64,000 bases of DNA, taken from Candidatus Poseidoniaceae archaeon. Lineage in GTDB: Archaea; Thermoplasmatota; Poseidoniia; Poseidoniales; Poseidoniaceae. The position numbers and the translations under genes were made by a program. The stretch lies in the NCBI GenBank assembly GCA_965662895.1, contig CBFIJH010000010.1, positions 4,563 through 68,562 on the forward strand, written 5' to 3'. Below the pieces are notes generated by a model. The model had not been told where the DNA came from, ran no database searches, and saw only the letters and a list, made by a program, of their open reading frames with translations. The stretch's first letter is position 1. Each line of letters starts with the position of its first letter. Below, piece after piece: positions 37,293 to 45,843 of this stretch.

Positions 37293-37670
37293 TGCGTCCA
37301 CTGCAGCTGTTGCATGTGGCCCAATTCGAGGGTTGATGTGTTCAGGTAATGCACCTGGTCCGATAATACCCAAACCGATTGGTTTGTTGTGAACCAATTG
37401 CAATTCAAGAATCGTCTTGACAACGCCTTGGCCCATCACGAGACCATGGTCTGTCTCGCCCTTTTCGATAATCCCGAGACAAAATGCACCATCGATGTCC
37501 TCACTCGAGAGGACTCTGTCGAGTGCCAGAGGAATCTCCATACAGCCTGGAACTCGAACAACATCGACAAGGTTGTACCCCAAATCTTCTGCTTGAGAGC
37601 TAGCGATTGTCAACATTCTCTCCATTTCATCCAAGTGGTACATTGCACATACTGCTACGATATTTGTCAT
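37269..37670 (-). CDS. ribH: 6,7-dimethyl-8-ribityllumazine synthase
   Basis: 133 aa. VVRVPGCMEIPLAL and GLVMGQGVVKTILELQL match the lumazine-synthase fold. It is in riboflavin-cluster context. Confidence 0.75.
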   Translation of the reverse strand: MTNIVAVCAMYHLDEMERMLTIASSQAEDLGYNLVDVVRVPGCMEIPLALDRVLSSEDIDGAFCLGIIEKGETDHGLVMGQGVVKTILELQLVHNKPIGLGIIGPGALPEHINPRIGPHATAAVDALRPFLDE

Positions 37671-37672
37671 GT

Positions 37673-38272
37673 TTATTTCTCCTTCATCATTCGTTCAACG
37701 GTTTCAACAATCATCATGGTTGTTGAATCGATTTCAAGATTGACTGCGTCACCGATTTGTTTCTCACCGATGGTCGTCAGTCGAAGCGTTTCTGGAATCA
37801 AATGCAAGTCAAAGTGGTTCTCTGAAACTTCGCCTATGGTCAGAGAAATACCGTCGATTCCAATGTACCCTTTGCTGACGATGTACTTTCGGACATCTGG
37901 AGGTACAATAATCGAATACTGGGCACCATCACCAACACCGTCCGCTTTGCTGATGAGACCTCGTCCAATGATGTGTCCTGAAAGCAGATGTCCTCCAATC
38001 TCGTCTCCATATCGCAATGATCGCTCCACATTCACAGAATGGCCTTGTTCAAGTTGGCCCAAGGTTGTCTTTTCGAGGGTTTCTGGGATGACGTCGAACG
38101 AAACAATGTTGTCTGAGAATTCTGTTGCTGTTAAGCAAACACCATCGATGGAAATACTTGCTCCAATCTGCAATCCTTCCGTTGATGGGACGCGAATTCG
38201 AAGCGTTGTAATCTCGTTTCCAGTTTCGATGGAAACGATTTCACCCCGGCCCTGAACGATACCCGTGAACAT
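37673..38272 (-). CDS. ribE: riboflavin synthase alpha chain, bacterial/eukaryotic trimeric type
   Basis: It has the N-terminal MFTGIVQGRGEI signature and an internal duplication of the lumazine-binding barrel (second GYIGIDGISLT repeat). Confidence 0.85.
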   Translation of the reverse strand: MFTGIVQGRGEIVSIETGNEITTLRIRVPSTEGLQIGASISIDGVCLTATEFSDNIVSFDVIPETLEKTTLGQLEQGHSVNVERSLRYGDEIGGHLLSGHIIGRGLISKADGVGDGAQYSIIVPPDVRKYIVSKGYIGIDGISLTIGEVSENHFDLHLIPETLRLTTIGEKQIGDAVNLEIDSTTMMIVETVERMMKEK

Positions 38273-38724
38273 CAGAATTCACCGCCTTTCGCTCGCTCAA
38301 CAATACGAGCAATAATCTTCCGCGTACCATCCAAATCATCGCTCAGACCTTCAACCCGAACGACATCAATCGATGAATAGCCTCGTTCTTCCAAGGCTGT
38401 GCGGATTCGATCTTCTGCATGTTCTTGGTCGTATCCTAAAGCAATCACCGAAGGTTGGATTTCTGGAAGAATATCGAAAATGGGGACATCGGGTGGGTTC
38501 CCAACGCAAGCAACATCAACTGGCTTCAAACCTTCAACCATTCGACGTCGCAAGTCTTGGTTGGTGACAGGTTCGTGTTTTCGCTTACGAACTGTATCGT
38601 CGTGCGCAACGACCACAGTCAAGTGGTCCCCGAGATTTTTGGCTTGTTCCAAATAATGTAAGTGGCCAGCGTGAAGGAGGTCAAAAACTCCAACTGCCAT
38701 GACCTTACGCATCGTGTCCACCAA
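38272..38724 (-). CDS. ribL: FAD synthetase (FMN adenylyltransferase), archaeal RibL type (cytidylyltransferase-like)
   Basis: The nucleotidyltransferase motif (AVGVFDLLHAGHLHYLEQAK) is present, and at ~145 aa the size matches RibL. Confidence 0.7.
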   Translation of the reverse strand: MVDTMRKVMAVGVFDLLHAGHLHYLEQAKNLGDHLTVVVAHDDTVRKRKHEPVTNQDLRRRMVEGLKPVDVACVGNPPDVPIFDILPEIQPSVIALGYDQEHAEDRIRTALEERGYSSIDVVRVEGLSDDLDGTRKIIARIVERAKGGEF

Positions 38725-38753
38725 AGTACAGCAATTGAATCATGTTCTTGATG

Positions 38754-39461
38754 TTAACCGTGCAATGCTGCGATGACTTCTGCACCTTCCAAAAATGGAA
38801 TTCCACGTTCGTTCGCCCATGCACGGGCATCACCAACTGAGAGTGCACCATCTCCATCTGGTTGCAACATTTCTGCACCAATAACAACAGGCGTAAGCCC
38901 CGCAAGTCGGGCAATACCGACTGCAAGTTCAGTATGACCCTGACGGGTTAGCAAACCACCTTCGGATTCTCGACAGACCGGAATATGACCAGGTGTTCGA
39001 AACTCCGCACCCATGCGACGCTGAGCCTCGCTCTTTGGAAGGTTGTCCTCAAAAACAATTGATGTTAATTCAGCAAAACGCCGGGTTGTAAGCGCACGGT
39101 CATGATCGGTAATGCCGGTGTATGTTTCACGATGATTAAGCGAAAGTGTGAATGCTGACCGTGAATCATAGCGCAAATCATTTGTTTTCAGTTCAGCGAG
39201 AACTGGGTATTCCGTGGTCAAGGCATCATGCGTGTGCAGATCTTGCAAAAACGGCAATCCAAATGCTTCGCCAACGTCGTGGCCGATTGCAAGGAAGAGG
39301 AGCCCCCCGCAATCTTGGCGAAGTTGTCGCATGGTTGCAGGCTTAGCAAATGAAGCCGGGAACAGAAGGTCGGTTTCTCCTTCTCGTTTGTCCGAGTCAA
39401 ACAAACAGACCGGGTCGCCTCGACGGAAAGCTTCGATTGCTGCTTTCACCGTTTCCGCCAT
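38754..39461 (-). CDS. ribB: 3,4-dihydroxy-2-butanone 4-phosphate synthase
   Basis: IEAFRRGDPVCLFDSDKREGETDL and the downstream DHBP synthase motifs are present. I placed the start at MAETVKA; the track ORF extends upstream to 39713. Confidence 0.8.
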   Translation of the reverse strand: MAETVKAAIEAFRRGDPVCLFDSDKREGETDLLFPASFAKPATMRQLRQDCGGLLFLAIGHDVGEAFGLPFLQDLHTHDALTTEYPVLAELKTNDLRYDSRSAFTLSLNHRETYTGITDHDRALTTRRFAELTSIVFEDNLPKSEAQRRMGAEFRTPGHIPVCRESEGGLLTRQGHTELAVGIARLAGLTPVVIGAEMLQPDGDGALSVGDARAWANERGIPFLEGAEVIAALHG

Positions 39462-39585
39462 AGTCCGTGCTTTTGTTTCACCTTCATGAACCGTCGTATT
39501 GCAATGTATGTACAGAATTCCGGCAAACGATTGACGGAAAGGGGTTAATGTAGGGAACGGCTTGGCTTGTACTCGCGGGGGTGGA

Positions 39586-40734
39586 ATGATGGGTGTAAAA
39601 CTAGGTCCAGCGGGCGTACCTTTGTCTTGTAAAGGACGTACAATCGTCGAAGGCATGGACGACATTATTGCTCTCGGACTCGAAACAATGGAAGCGCAAA
39701 CGGTCCGACTCATCCAACCTCAACACTTCGAACAATACTGGCAAGCAGGCGTGCTCGCCAACAAAGCAGATTTTGAGATGAACATTCACGGACCATACTA
39801 TTCGGAACTCCTTGGTAATCGAGTTGAACGAGGTCGATCTCTTGCCAAAATAGAAGCGACATTGCAAGCAGCAAGGACCATTAACGCACGACATGTTACA
39901 TTGCACACTGGACACTACGGTGATTTTGGGCGAGGCACTGCTGCGAACGAACAACTTGCCAACATCTTCTCCAGTATTGTTGAACGTGTTCACGATATTT
40001 GGCACGATGATGAGGACGAATTTCCCGTATTCCCTTGGATAAAAAACGGAACGCCCTCGAAAATTGGCATTGAAACATCCGGTCGCCAGGAATTGTGGGG
40101 TACCCTCGAAGAAGTCATCGAAGTGGTTAATCACGTTGAAGGGACCATTCCCGTTCTCAACATCGCCCACATTCACGCCCGTGGCCACGGACGAATGAAG
40201 ACCTCCGAAGACTATGGCGAGTTGTTTGACATGGTTCGAGAGTCGATTGGTACCAAGGAATTCTATTGCCACTTCTCAGGTGTTGAGCACCGAACTGGAA
40301 ATGCAATGCATTACACGCAGATTAAGAAATCTGACCTAAATTTTGAACCGTTAGCGGAGTTCATTGTCGAGGACGGTGGGTGGTTGGACATCACCCTGAT
40401 ATCAGATTCACCTCTCTTGGAACACGATGCAATGTATATGCTACAAAACATCGACAAAGCCAAACACAAGCAACTTGAACGCAAGGCTCGAGAGGATCGT
40501 CGCCGTGCGCTCGCTGCTCAAACAGGAACATCGGTCGAAGATCTTCAACGTCGTGAAGAAGAAATGGCGAAATTGCGAACACAAGGTGCACCTGAAGAAA
40601 AGCCGGCTGAAAAAGCAAAACCTGAACCTGTCAAGGAAAAGAAACAGGCAAAAAAGAAGACGGCCGCTTCAAAGAAGAAAGAAGAAGAAGACGTCTTCTC
40701 GTTTGATGAAGAAGACGATGACGACTTATTTTGA
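39586..40734 (+). CDS. xylose-isomerase-like TIM-barrel protein, probable endonuclease IV-family AP endonuclease, with Lys-rich then acidic C-terminal tail
   Basis: HGPYYSEL and HTGHYGDF resemble the metal-binding HxxY/HxGxH patterns of Nfo. The C-terminal 90 aa are KEKKQAKKKTAASKKKEEEDVFSFDEEDDDDLF. Confidence 0.5.
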   Translation: MMGVKLGPAGVPLSCKGRTIVEGMDDIIALGLETMEAQTVRLIQPQHFEQYWQAGVLANKADFEMNIHGPYYSELLGNRVERGRSLAKIEATLQAARTINARHVTLHTGHYGDFGRGTAANEQLANIFSSIVERVHDIWHDDEDEFPVFPWIKNGTPSKIGIETSGRQELWGTLEEVIEVVNHVEGTIPVLNIAHIHARGHGRMKTSEDYGELFDMVRESIGTKEFYCHFSGVEHRTGNAMHYTQIKKSDLNFEPLAEFIVEDGGWLDITLISDSPLLEHDAMYMLQNIDKAKHKQLERKAREDRRRALAAQTGTSVEDLQRREEEMAKLRTQGAPEEKPAEKAKPEPVKEKKQAKKKTAASKKKEEEDVFSFDEEDDDDLF

Positions 40735-40824
40735 GTCGGCGATTCAATTCTTGAGCAAAAAAGAGGATTTCTCCCTTCCAATTAGGGAATGCACATAAGG
40801 ACAAAGAGTTCGAAGTCCCGAGTC

Positions 40825-41823
40825 ATGGCACACATCGCGGTGTTAGGATTGGGAAATTGGGGGACTGCAATTGGTCGACTCTGGTTGATGGAAGGCCATC
40901 ATGTCAAAGGGTGGACGATTGAGCAAGAAGTGTATGAATCGATTACAATGGATGGAGTCAATCGAAAGTACCTTCCACAACATTCAGTCGAGGGCATGGA
41001 AGTAACAATGCATCTGGAAGAGGCAGTGGATGGTGTCGAAATCGTTGTTTTGGCCATTCCATCTTCCGTCATCTTGGATGTCGTTCACGATGTCATCCCA
41101 TATCTTCGTCCGGGGCATGTCTTGCTCGATTTAGCAAAAGGTCTTGCCCCAGGTAAACGGCTCATCTCACAGGCGATTCATCAAGCTCTGAGAGAAGCTG
41201 ATTGCTCAAACCCAATGGCGGTCCTTACCGGTCCGACGATTGCACCAGAAGCCGCTGGAGGAGTTATGACAACTGCTCTGGTCGCATCAGAAGACCTTTC
41301 CGTTGCTGAACGTCTTGCAGATACCCTGTCGACTCCAACACTCCTCCTTCATGCTGCATCAGATCCAGAAGGTGCTGAATTATGGGGTGCATTCAAGAAT
41401 GTCGTTGCCCTTGCATGTGGACTAGTTGACGGATTGAAAACGATAGGAACGCTCGGAGGAGACAATCTGAAGGCAGCAATTTTCAGTGCAGGATTCAAGG
41501 AAGGATGCATCCTTTTGCCCTTACTCGGAGCTCGAGCAGAGGTTGCATTTGGCCCTGCAGGCCTCGGCGACCTCTACGTAACCGCCACGTCCCCTTATGG
41601 TAGGAACAGGACGATGGGTGAGAAACTTGGAACTGGTAAGAATTTGGAGCAAGCACTCGCTGAAATGACCATGGTGGCTGAAGGCGTACGGGCTGCGAGA
41701 ATGTTCCGAGACCGCGCAATCGATCAAGGAATTGAGATTCCGTTTACGAAAGCGCTCAATACCCTTCTTGATGGGGCAATCGAAGCAGAAGAATGCTGTC
41801 GCCGTATGGTTCTCTTGGGATAA
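40825..41823 (+). CDS. gpsA: NAD(P)H-dependent glycerol-3-phosphate dehydrogenase (bacterial GpsA type)
   Basis: An N-terminal Rossmann (IAVLGLGNWGTA) is present, along with the central GAFKNVVALACGLVDGL and GDLYVTATSPYGRNR. These are characteristic of GpsA. Confidence 0.75.
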   Translation: MAHIAVLGLGNWGTAIGRLWLMEGHHVKGWTIEQEVYESITMDGVNRKYLPQHSVEGMEVTMHLEEAVDGVEIVVLAIPSSVILDVVHDVIPYLRPGHVLLDLAKGLAPGKRLISQAIHQALREADCSNPMAVLTGPTIAPEAAGGVMTTALVASEDLSVAERLADTLSTPTLLLHAASDPEGAELWGAFKNVVALACGLVDGLKTIGTLGGDNLKAAIFSAGFKEGCILLPLLGARAEVAFGPAGLGDLYVTATSPYGRNRTMGEKLGTGKNLEQALAEMTMVAEGVRAARMFRDRAIDQGIEIPFTKALNTLLDGAIEAEECCRRMVLLG

Positions 41824-41838
41824 GGCCGATTTCCTCAT

Positions 41839-42090
41839 ATGGAGGTAGGATATCCTCCAAACATGTCAGATGACGACTCCTCTGATTTGACCGATTTTGA
41901 AGAGGGCCTGCTTGAATGGTTGTGTGAAAACAACTTCCATGTTGAACCTTGGTCAACAAAGAAGGCTGCAAAGCAATTCTACGTTGAAGAAGAAGCAATT
42001 TACGAAGCAATTGCTGCTTTGACACGAAAGGTTCCACTGCGGATTCAAGTCTTTTACAAGAATGGGGCACTTCACATCGCTGCAGATTAG
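41839..42090 (+). CDS. small acidic hypothetical protein (83 aa)
   Basis: A clean ORF fills the interval between gpsA and the convergent permease gene. Confidence 0.35.
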   Translation: MEVGYPPNMSDDDSSDLTDFEEGLLEWLCENNFHVEPWSTKKAAKQFYVEEEAIYEAIAALTRKVPLRIQVFYKNGALHIAAD

Positions 42091-42094
42091 AAAA

Positions 42095-42970
42095 TTACTC
42101 CGAAGCCTCATCTGCCGTTCTAGACTTCATCAGAAAGTTCAGCCATTTTGGTTGGCGTACTTCTCCGTCATCCGTCACGAATGAACGAATCATTAACGAA
42201 AGCAAGTCAATGATGATGACCACAATAAAGATGAGAATGAGTAAAGCAAGCACCTTGTCGTATTGTAAGAGTTTGAGATACGTATTGATGTAGAAACCAA
42301 TACCCCCTGCTCCAACAAGACCAATCACTGTACCATGTCGAACATTGTATTCAAACATAAACATGAGTTGGCTAAGCAGATGATTCCCCGTCTCGGGAAT
42401 GACGACGGAAGTGAAGATGGTTGGATGAGAAATGCCCATCGCTTTGCTGACATCAAGAGAATCACTGGGCATGCCCTCAAAGGCCTCGTACTGTAATTTT
42501 CCAAGATAGCCAACCGTGTAGAAGGTCATGGCGAGAACACCCGCCAAAGGACCGACGCCGATAACGATGACGAAGATTATTGCCCAGATGAGTGACGGGA
42601 GGCTTCGGATGGCCGATAGCACAATTCGGAATACTAGAGCAATGGGCATAGGCATCAGGTTTTTTGCTGCAAAAGAGGAAAGAGAAAGTGCTCCAATGAA
42701 CCCAAGAATTGTGGCAACAAAGGCGATTTTGATTGTTTCAACCATGCCTACGTATCCAACCGAACAAAGCAATTCAATGTCTTTCTCACAAACGGGATAC
42801 GATTGTGCTTCCAAAACAGACCAGTTCGGCGGCCACATGCTGTCATGAATGAAGGTTGACAGGTTGTCAAATCCTCCACCTAATCGCCCCCAATCACCAG
42901 CCAAATCGCTGAGAACGAGAAGAGTAAGGAACAACAAACCGCCGGCAGCGGCGATGAAGCCCTTTCTCAT
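42095..42970 (-). CDS. ABC transporter permease, PhnE-like (phosphonate/phosphite family)
   Basis: It has a binding-protein-dependent permease fold with the EAA-like loop region. It is in an operon with a PhnC-like ATPase and a PhnD-like binding protein. Confidence 0.7.
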   Translation of the reverse strand: MRKGFIAAAGGLLFLTLLVLSDLAGDWGRLGGGFDNLSTFIHDSMWPPNWSVLEAQSYPVCEKDIELLCSVGYVGMVETIKIAFVATILGFIGALSLSSFAAKNLMPMPIALVFRIVLSAIRSLPSLIWAIIFVIVIGVGPLAGVLAMTFYTVGYLGKLQYEAFEGMPSDSLDVSKAMGISHPTIFTSVVIPETGNHLLSQLMFMFEYNVRHGTVIGLVGAGGIGFYINTYLKLLQYDKVLALLILIFIVVIIIDLLSLMIRSFVTDDGEVRQPKWLNFLMKSRTADEASE

Positions 42971-43644
42971 TCCTCTTCCTCCTGCATTTTCTGCCATTGT
43001 TCGATGGACATGTCGAGAAGTTGTTTGTCTTCGATCAACCAAATTCTTGTGGCAATCATCTCAACATTCTCTTCATGATGCTCAACCATTATGATCGAAT
43101 TTCCTGATTCGATGAGGGTTTGTACTGCTTCGGTAACAACGTCCACGGTTGAATGATCGAGTTCGCTCAAAAATTCGTCAGCCAACAAGAGCTTTGGCCG
43201 TTGTGCCAAAGCACGAGCTGTTGCAACCCTTCGCATTTGCCCACCTGATAATCGCCGAATAGGCTCACGGATTTTCTCTTTCAAGCCGACCGCGGAAAGA
43301 GCTGACACAACTCGTTCCATTCGCTCTTCTCGCTTCCCTTTCAGCAGTGGAAGACTGGCTCGTGCCCCCAGATTTACATTGTGATAGACGCTTGCGTGAC
43401 GAACCAAACCAAGTCGTTGTGGAATGTAGCCCAGTCCACCTTGTGATGAAAGTTGAAGTTCCAACGTACCCTGTCGTGGAGGAACCAAGCCTGCAATGGT
43501 TCGAACAAGCGTGGTCTTTCCGATGCCTGATGGGCCGAGAACAGCGATAATCTCACCAGAGTGAACCTCCAATGAAATATCCCGAACCAAATCTTCCTTG
43601 AATCCGATGCTCAAATCCGAAATGGTGAGGAGTGGTTCAGCCAT
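42967..43644 (-). CDS. ABC transporter ATP-binding protein, PhnC-like
   Basis: Walker A (GPSGIGKTT), ABC signature (LSGGQMRRV) and Walker B (LLLADE) are present. It carries a single nucleotide-binding domain. Confidence 0.85.
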   Translation of the reverse strand: MAEPLLTISDLSIGFKEDLVRDISLEVHSGEIIAVLGPSGIGKTTLVRTIAGLVPPRQGTLELQLSSQGGLGYIPQRLGLVRHASVYHNVNLGARASLPLLKGKREERMERVVSALSAVGLKEKIREPIRRLSGGQMRRVATARALAQRPKLLLADEFLSELDHSTVDVVTEAVQTLIESGNSIIMVEHHEENVEMIATRIWLIEDKQLLDMSIEQWQKMQEEEE

Positions 43645-43661
43645 GTGCATCAACCTCTTGT

Positions 43662-44807
43662 TCATGATGAGATGTCGTATTTCGTATCGAAATAGTTCGA
43701 AATTCCAGGTATTGAACCGATGAGTGAACCATATATTCCGAGGTGTGTTTCCGTATCTGCTTGAACCAAACCATTCGTATTGAGGATGTTCGAAAGGATG
43801 TAATCGCCACATTGTGAGCGAGATGTGTCTTCATCAACGTTGTTCTCATTCACATCAAGGCATCCAGTAACAATGGAATCACCAACGACGCCATCTTCGA
43901 TGTACGTCTCATTGTTGAGTGCAAGTAGGGCATCAAGTACGAGACGTTGCTCATCTTCATCGAGGAAATCAGGATTAAACATAACTGGATGCGAAGGCGC
44001 TTGACCATAGGACGGTAAGAGGATGTACTCATCCAAACCAAGACACCAATCCTCGTTCGCAGCAGGGTCGTCGAATCCACAATAGGTCGAAACCGATGAA
44101 TCCTTGACAAACGCAACATCACCTGTCCCATCCGACAAACAGTGAAGGGCACCACCATAGGACGAATATGGTGTGCCCGAATCCGGAATGCTTGCATCCT
44201 CACTGAAGTACGAAAAGATGGTTGATCTGAGCGATTCAATGTCATCTTCAGGACCGACAACAGGTGCGTATCCTTCCGAGATAAGGAAACCCATTGGAAG
44301 CAACATTCCCGCCGACTTCAGCCATCCTGTATGGCAAGGCGTTGTTCCTTCCAGTGTTGCAAACGGGTCTGTTGAAGCGTTGTCATCGAGGTAAGCGTTT
44401 GCTGCATCTGAACCGTTGAGAACAACTGCATGCGCATTGTAATAGCTACGGCCATCGGATTTTGTATCGGCTGCGAGAACTTCCAATCCATATTGTTGCC
44501 AACCCATCCATGCAGCTCCTGCATCCATGAACGCTATATCCGCATGGCCAAAGCGCAATGCTTCAATGATTGCTCCCTCTGAAGTGATCGGATAGAGTTC
44601 AACTTCAAGACCGGTCTGTTCGCTCACAAAATCTGCAAAAATTTGTGGGTTGGCATCGACATTTGTATAGTCGTCTTTTATTTCAAATGCGATTCGGAGG
44701 GTTTCAAGTTCGGAATCTTGACCGTCGTCCCCAATGCAGCCAGCAAGCGATCCTAAAACAATCAAGAAGGCGAGCAGTATCGATATTTTTGCCGTTTTCC
44801 ACATCAT
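43662..44807 (-). CDS. substrate-binding lipoprotein, PhnD-like (phosphonate/phosphite/phosphate-ester)
   Basis: A lipobox (LGSLAGCIG) follows the signal sequence, and there is a periplasmic-binding-protein type 2 fold with acidic insertions. Confidence 0.6.
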   Translation of the reverse strand: MMWKTAKISILLAFLIVLGSLAGCIGDDGQDSELETLRIAFEIKDDYTNVDANPQIFADFVSEQTGLEVELYPITSEGAIIEALRFGHADIAFMDAGAAWMGWQQYGLEVLAADTKSDGRSYYNAHAVVLNGSDAANAYLDDNASTDPFATLEGTTPCHTGWLKSAGMLLPMGFLISEGYAPVVGPEDDIESLRSTIFSYFSEDASIPDSGTPYSSYGGALHCLSDGTGDVAFVKDSSVSTYCGFDDPAANEDWCLGLDEYILLPSYGQAPSHPVMFNPDFLDEDEQRLVLDALLALNNETYIEDGVVGDSIVTGCLDVNENNVDEDTSRSQCGDYILSNILNTNGLVQADTETHLGIYGSLIGSIPGISNYFDTKYDISS

Positions 44808-44827
44808 CACCTCACCGTTTTCGGTCG

Positions 44828-44868
44828 CCCTAAAAAACTGAAGTATATAATTTTAGGGTTCCCTAAAA
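44828..44868 (-). promoter_or_regulatory. promoter/operator: CCCTAAAA(A2)-N13-TTTTAGGG-TT-CCCTAAAA overlapping palindromes flanking a tatata box upstream of the phn-like operon
   Basis: Plus strand: ccctaaaaaa at 44828-44837, tatata at 44844-44849, ttttaggg at 44851-44858, and ccctaaaa at 44861-44868. On the minus strand the TATA lies about 35-40 nt upstream of the binding-protein ATG. Confidence 0.55.
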
Positions 44869-45810
44869 CTACGCATCAATCCACGCATTCACCAAGGATT
44901 CTGCGTATGGGTCCGTGGTGAGACCGTCGTGGAAAGACGGGCGAACAACAACCAGCATCTCGACGGTGCCACCCCAATTCGGTTGCCCGACGACGACAAC
45001 CTCAGCAACTCTGGTTCCATCTGGATCTGTTCCTGAAGTGGTGTAACAATCGTACACCCAAACGTTGAGTTCGACATCGCCTGAACTTGGCCGGAACGTA
45101 TGTGGCTGAGCATCCTCTTTTTGATCAAGTCGGAAGGCTTCGCTATCGATACGAATCGGAACGCGCTCATCGACCAAATCGATGGCTAGACGCATTCTTG
45201 ATTCTTGCATGCCAAGTAGAGAAGAAATCCAGATTGATGATTCAACTTGGAGGAACGAGTTTTGTTGATGAGGCGTGCGTAAAGAAAGACTCTGAACAAC
45301 CTCGAAATTTGTCGGATCTAATGGTTCCACGAAGATCCATGTGTATTGTTCACTGCTTGGCCAAGCAGGTGCATAGGGGTTCTCTGTTGCGAACGGTTCG
45401 CCCCATTGTTCTGGAGCTCTAGGGGATTCAGCAGGTATCAATCCAGAGGCGCCGAGCATCAACAAGACCAACATTCCAGTGATGATTCGCCGATTCCGGA
45501 ATTCGCTCCAATCCATCCTTCCAGCAGGACTTGCGAAGGAGAGCGCAACAACGACTGGGAGAACGACAAGTGTTCCATATGGAACAACGAGCAAAAGAAT
45601 GAGACTAAGAAATGCGTACCTGGTAGTTTTTTCTCCCAAGAACGATGACATCTCGAGAGATTCGTCTTTCACTCGAAGCCGGATGACGCCATATGCGAGG
45701 GGAATCGAAACGAGAATGAGGAGAAAGCCAACTGCATCAAGAGCCACTCCCATGCCGATTGAACGAAAATCAACCATCATATGCGTTTGGGAGTACGCCG
45801 TGAAAAACAA
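44869..45810 (-). CDS. hypothetical membrane protein
   Basis: 313 aa with N-terminal TM helices and a soluble C-terminal region. I recognise no family. The start is uncertain. Confidence 0.4.
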   Translation of the reverse strand: MFFTAYSQTHMMVDFRSIGMGVALDAVGFLLILVSIPLAYGVIRLRVKDESLEMSSFLGEKTTRYAFLSLILLLVVPYGTLVVLPVVVALSFASPAGRMDWSEFRNRRIITGMLVLLMLGASGLIPAESPRAPEQWGEPFATENPYAPAWPSSEQYTWIFVEPLDPTNFEVVQSLSLRTPHQQNSFLQVESSIWISSLLGMQESRMRLAIDLVDERVPIRIDSEAFRLDQKEDAQPHTFRPSSGDVELNVWVYDCYTTSGTDPDGTRVAEVVVVGQPNWGGTVEMLVVVRPSFHDGLTTDPYAESLVNAWIDA

Positions 45811-45843
45811 AGCATTTGAGACATGTGGCTCCTAAGCCGTAGC

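Noticed and set aside
39601-40272. 223-aa minus-strand ORF antisense to the endonuclease-IV-like gene
   Set aside because: The plus-strand frame has metal-binding His motifs and continuous coding quality. The antisense ORF lacks features.
40735-40824. Weak inverted repeat CCCT-N8-AGGG upstream of gpsA
   Set aside because: It has only a 4-bp stem, which falls short of a convincing operator or terminator.
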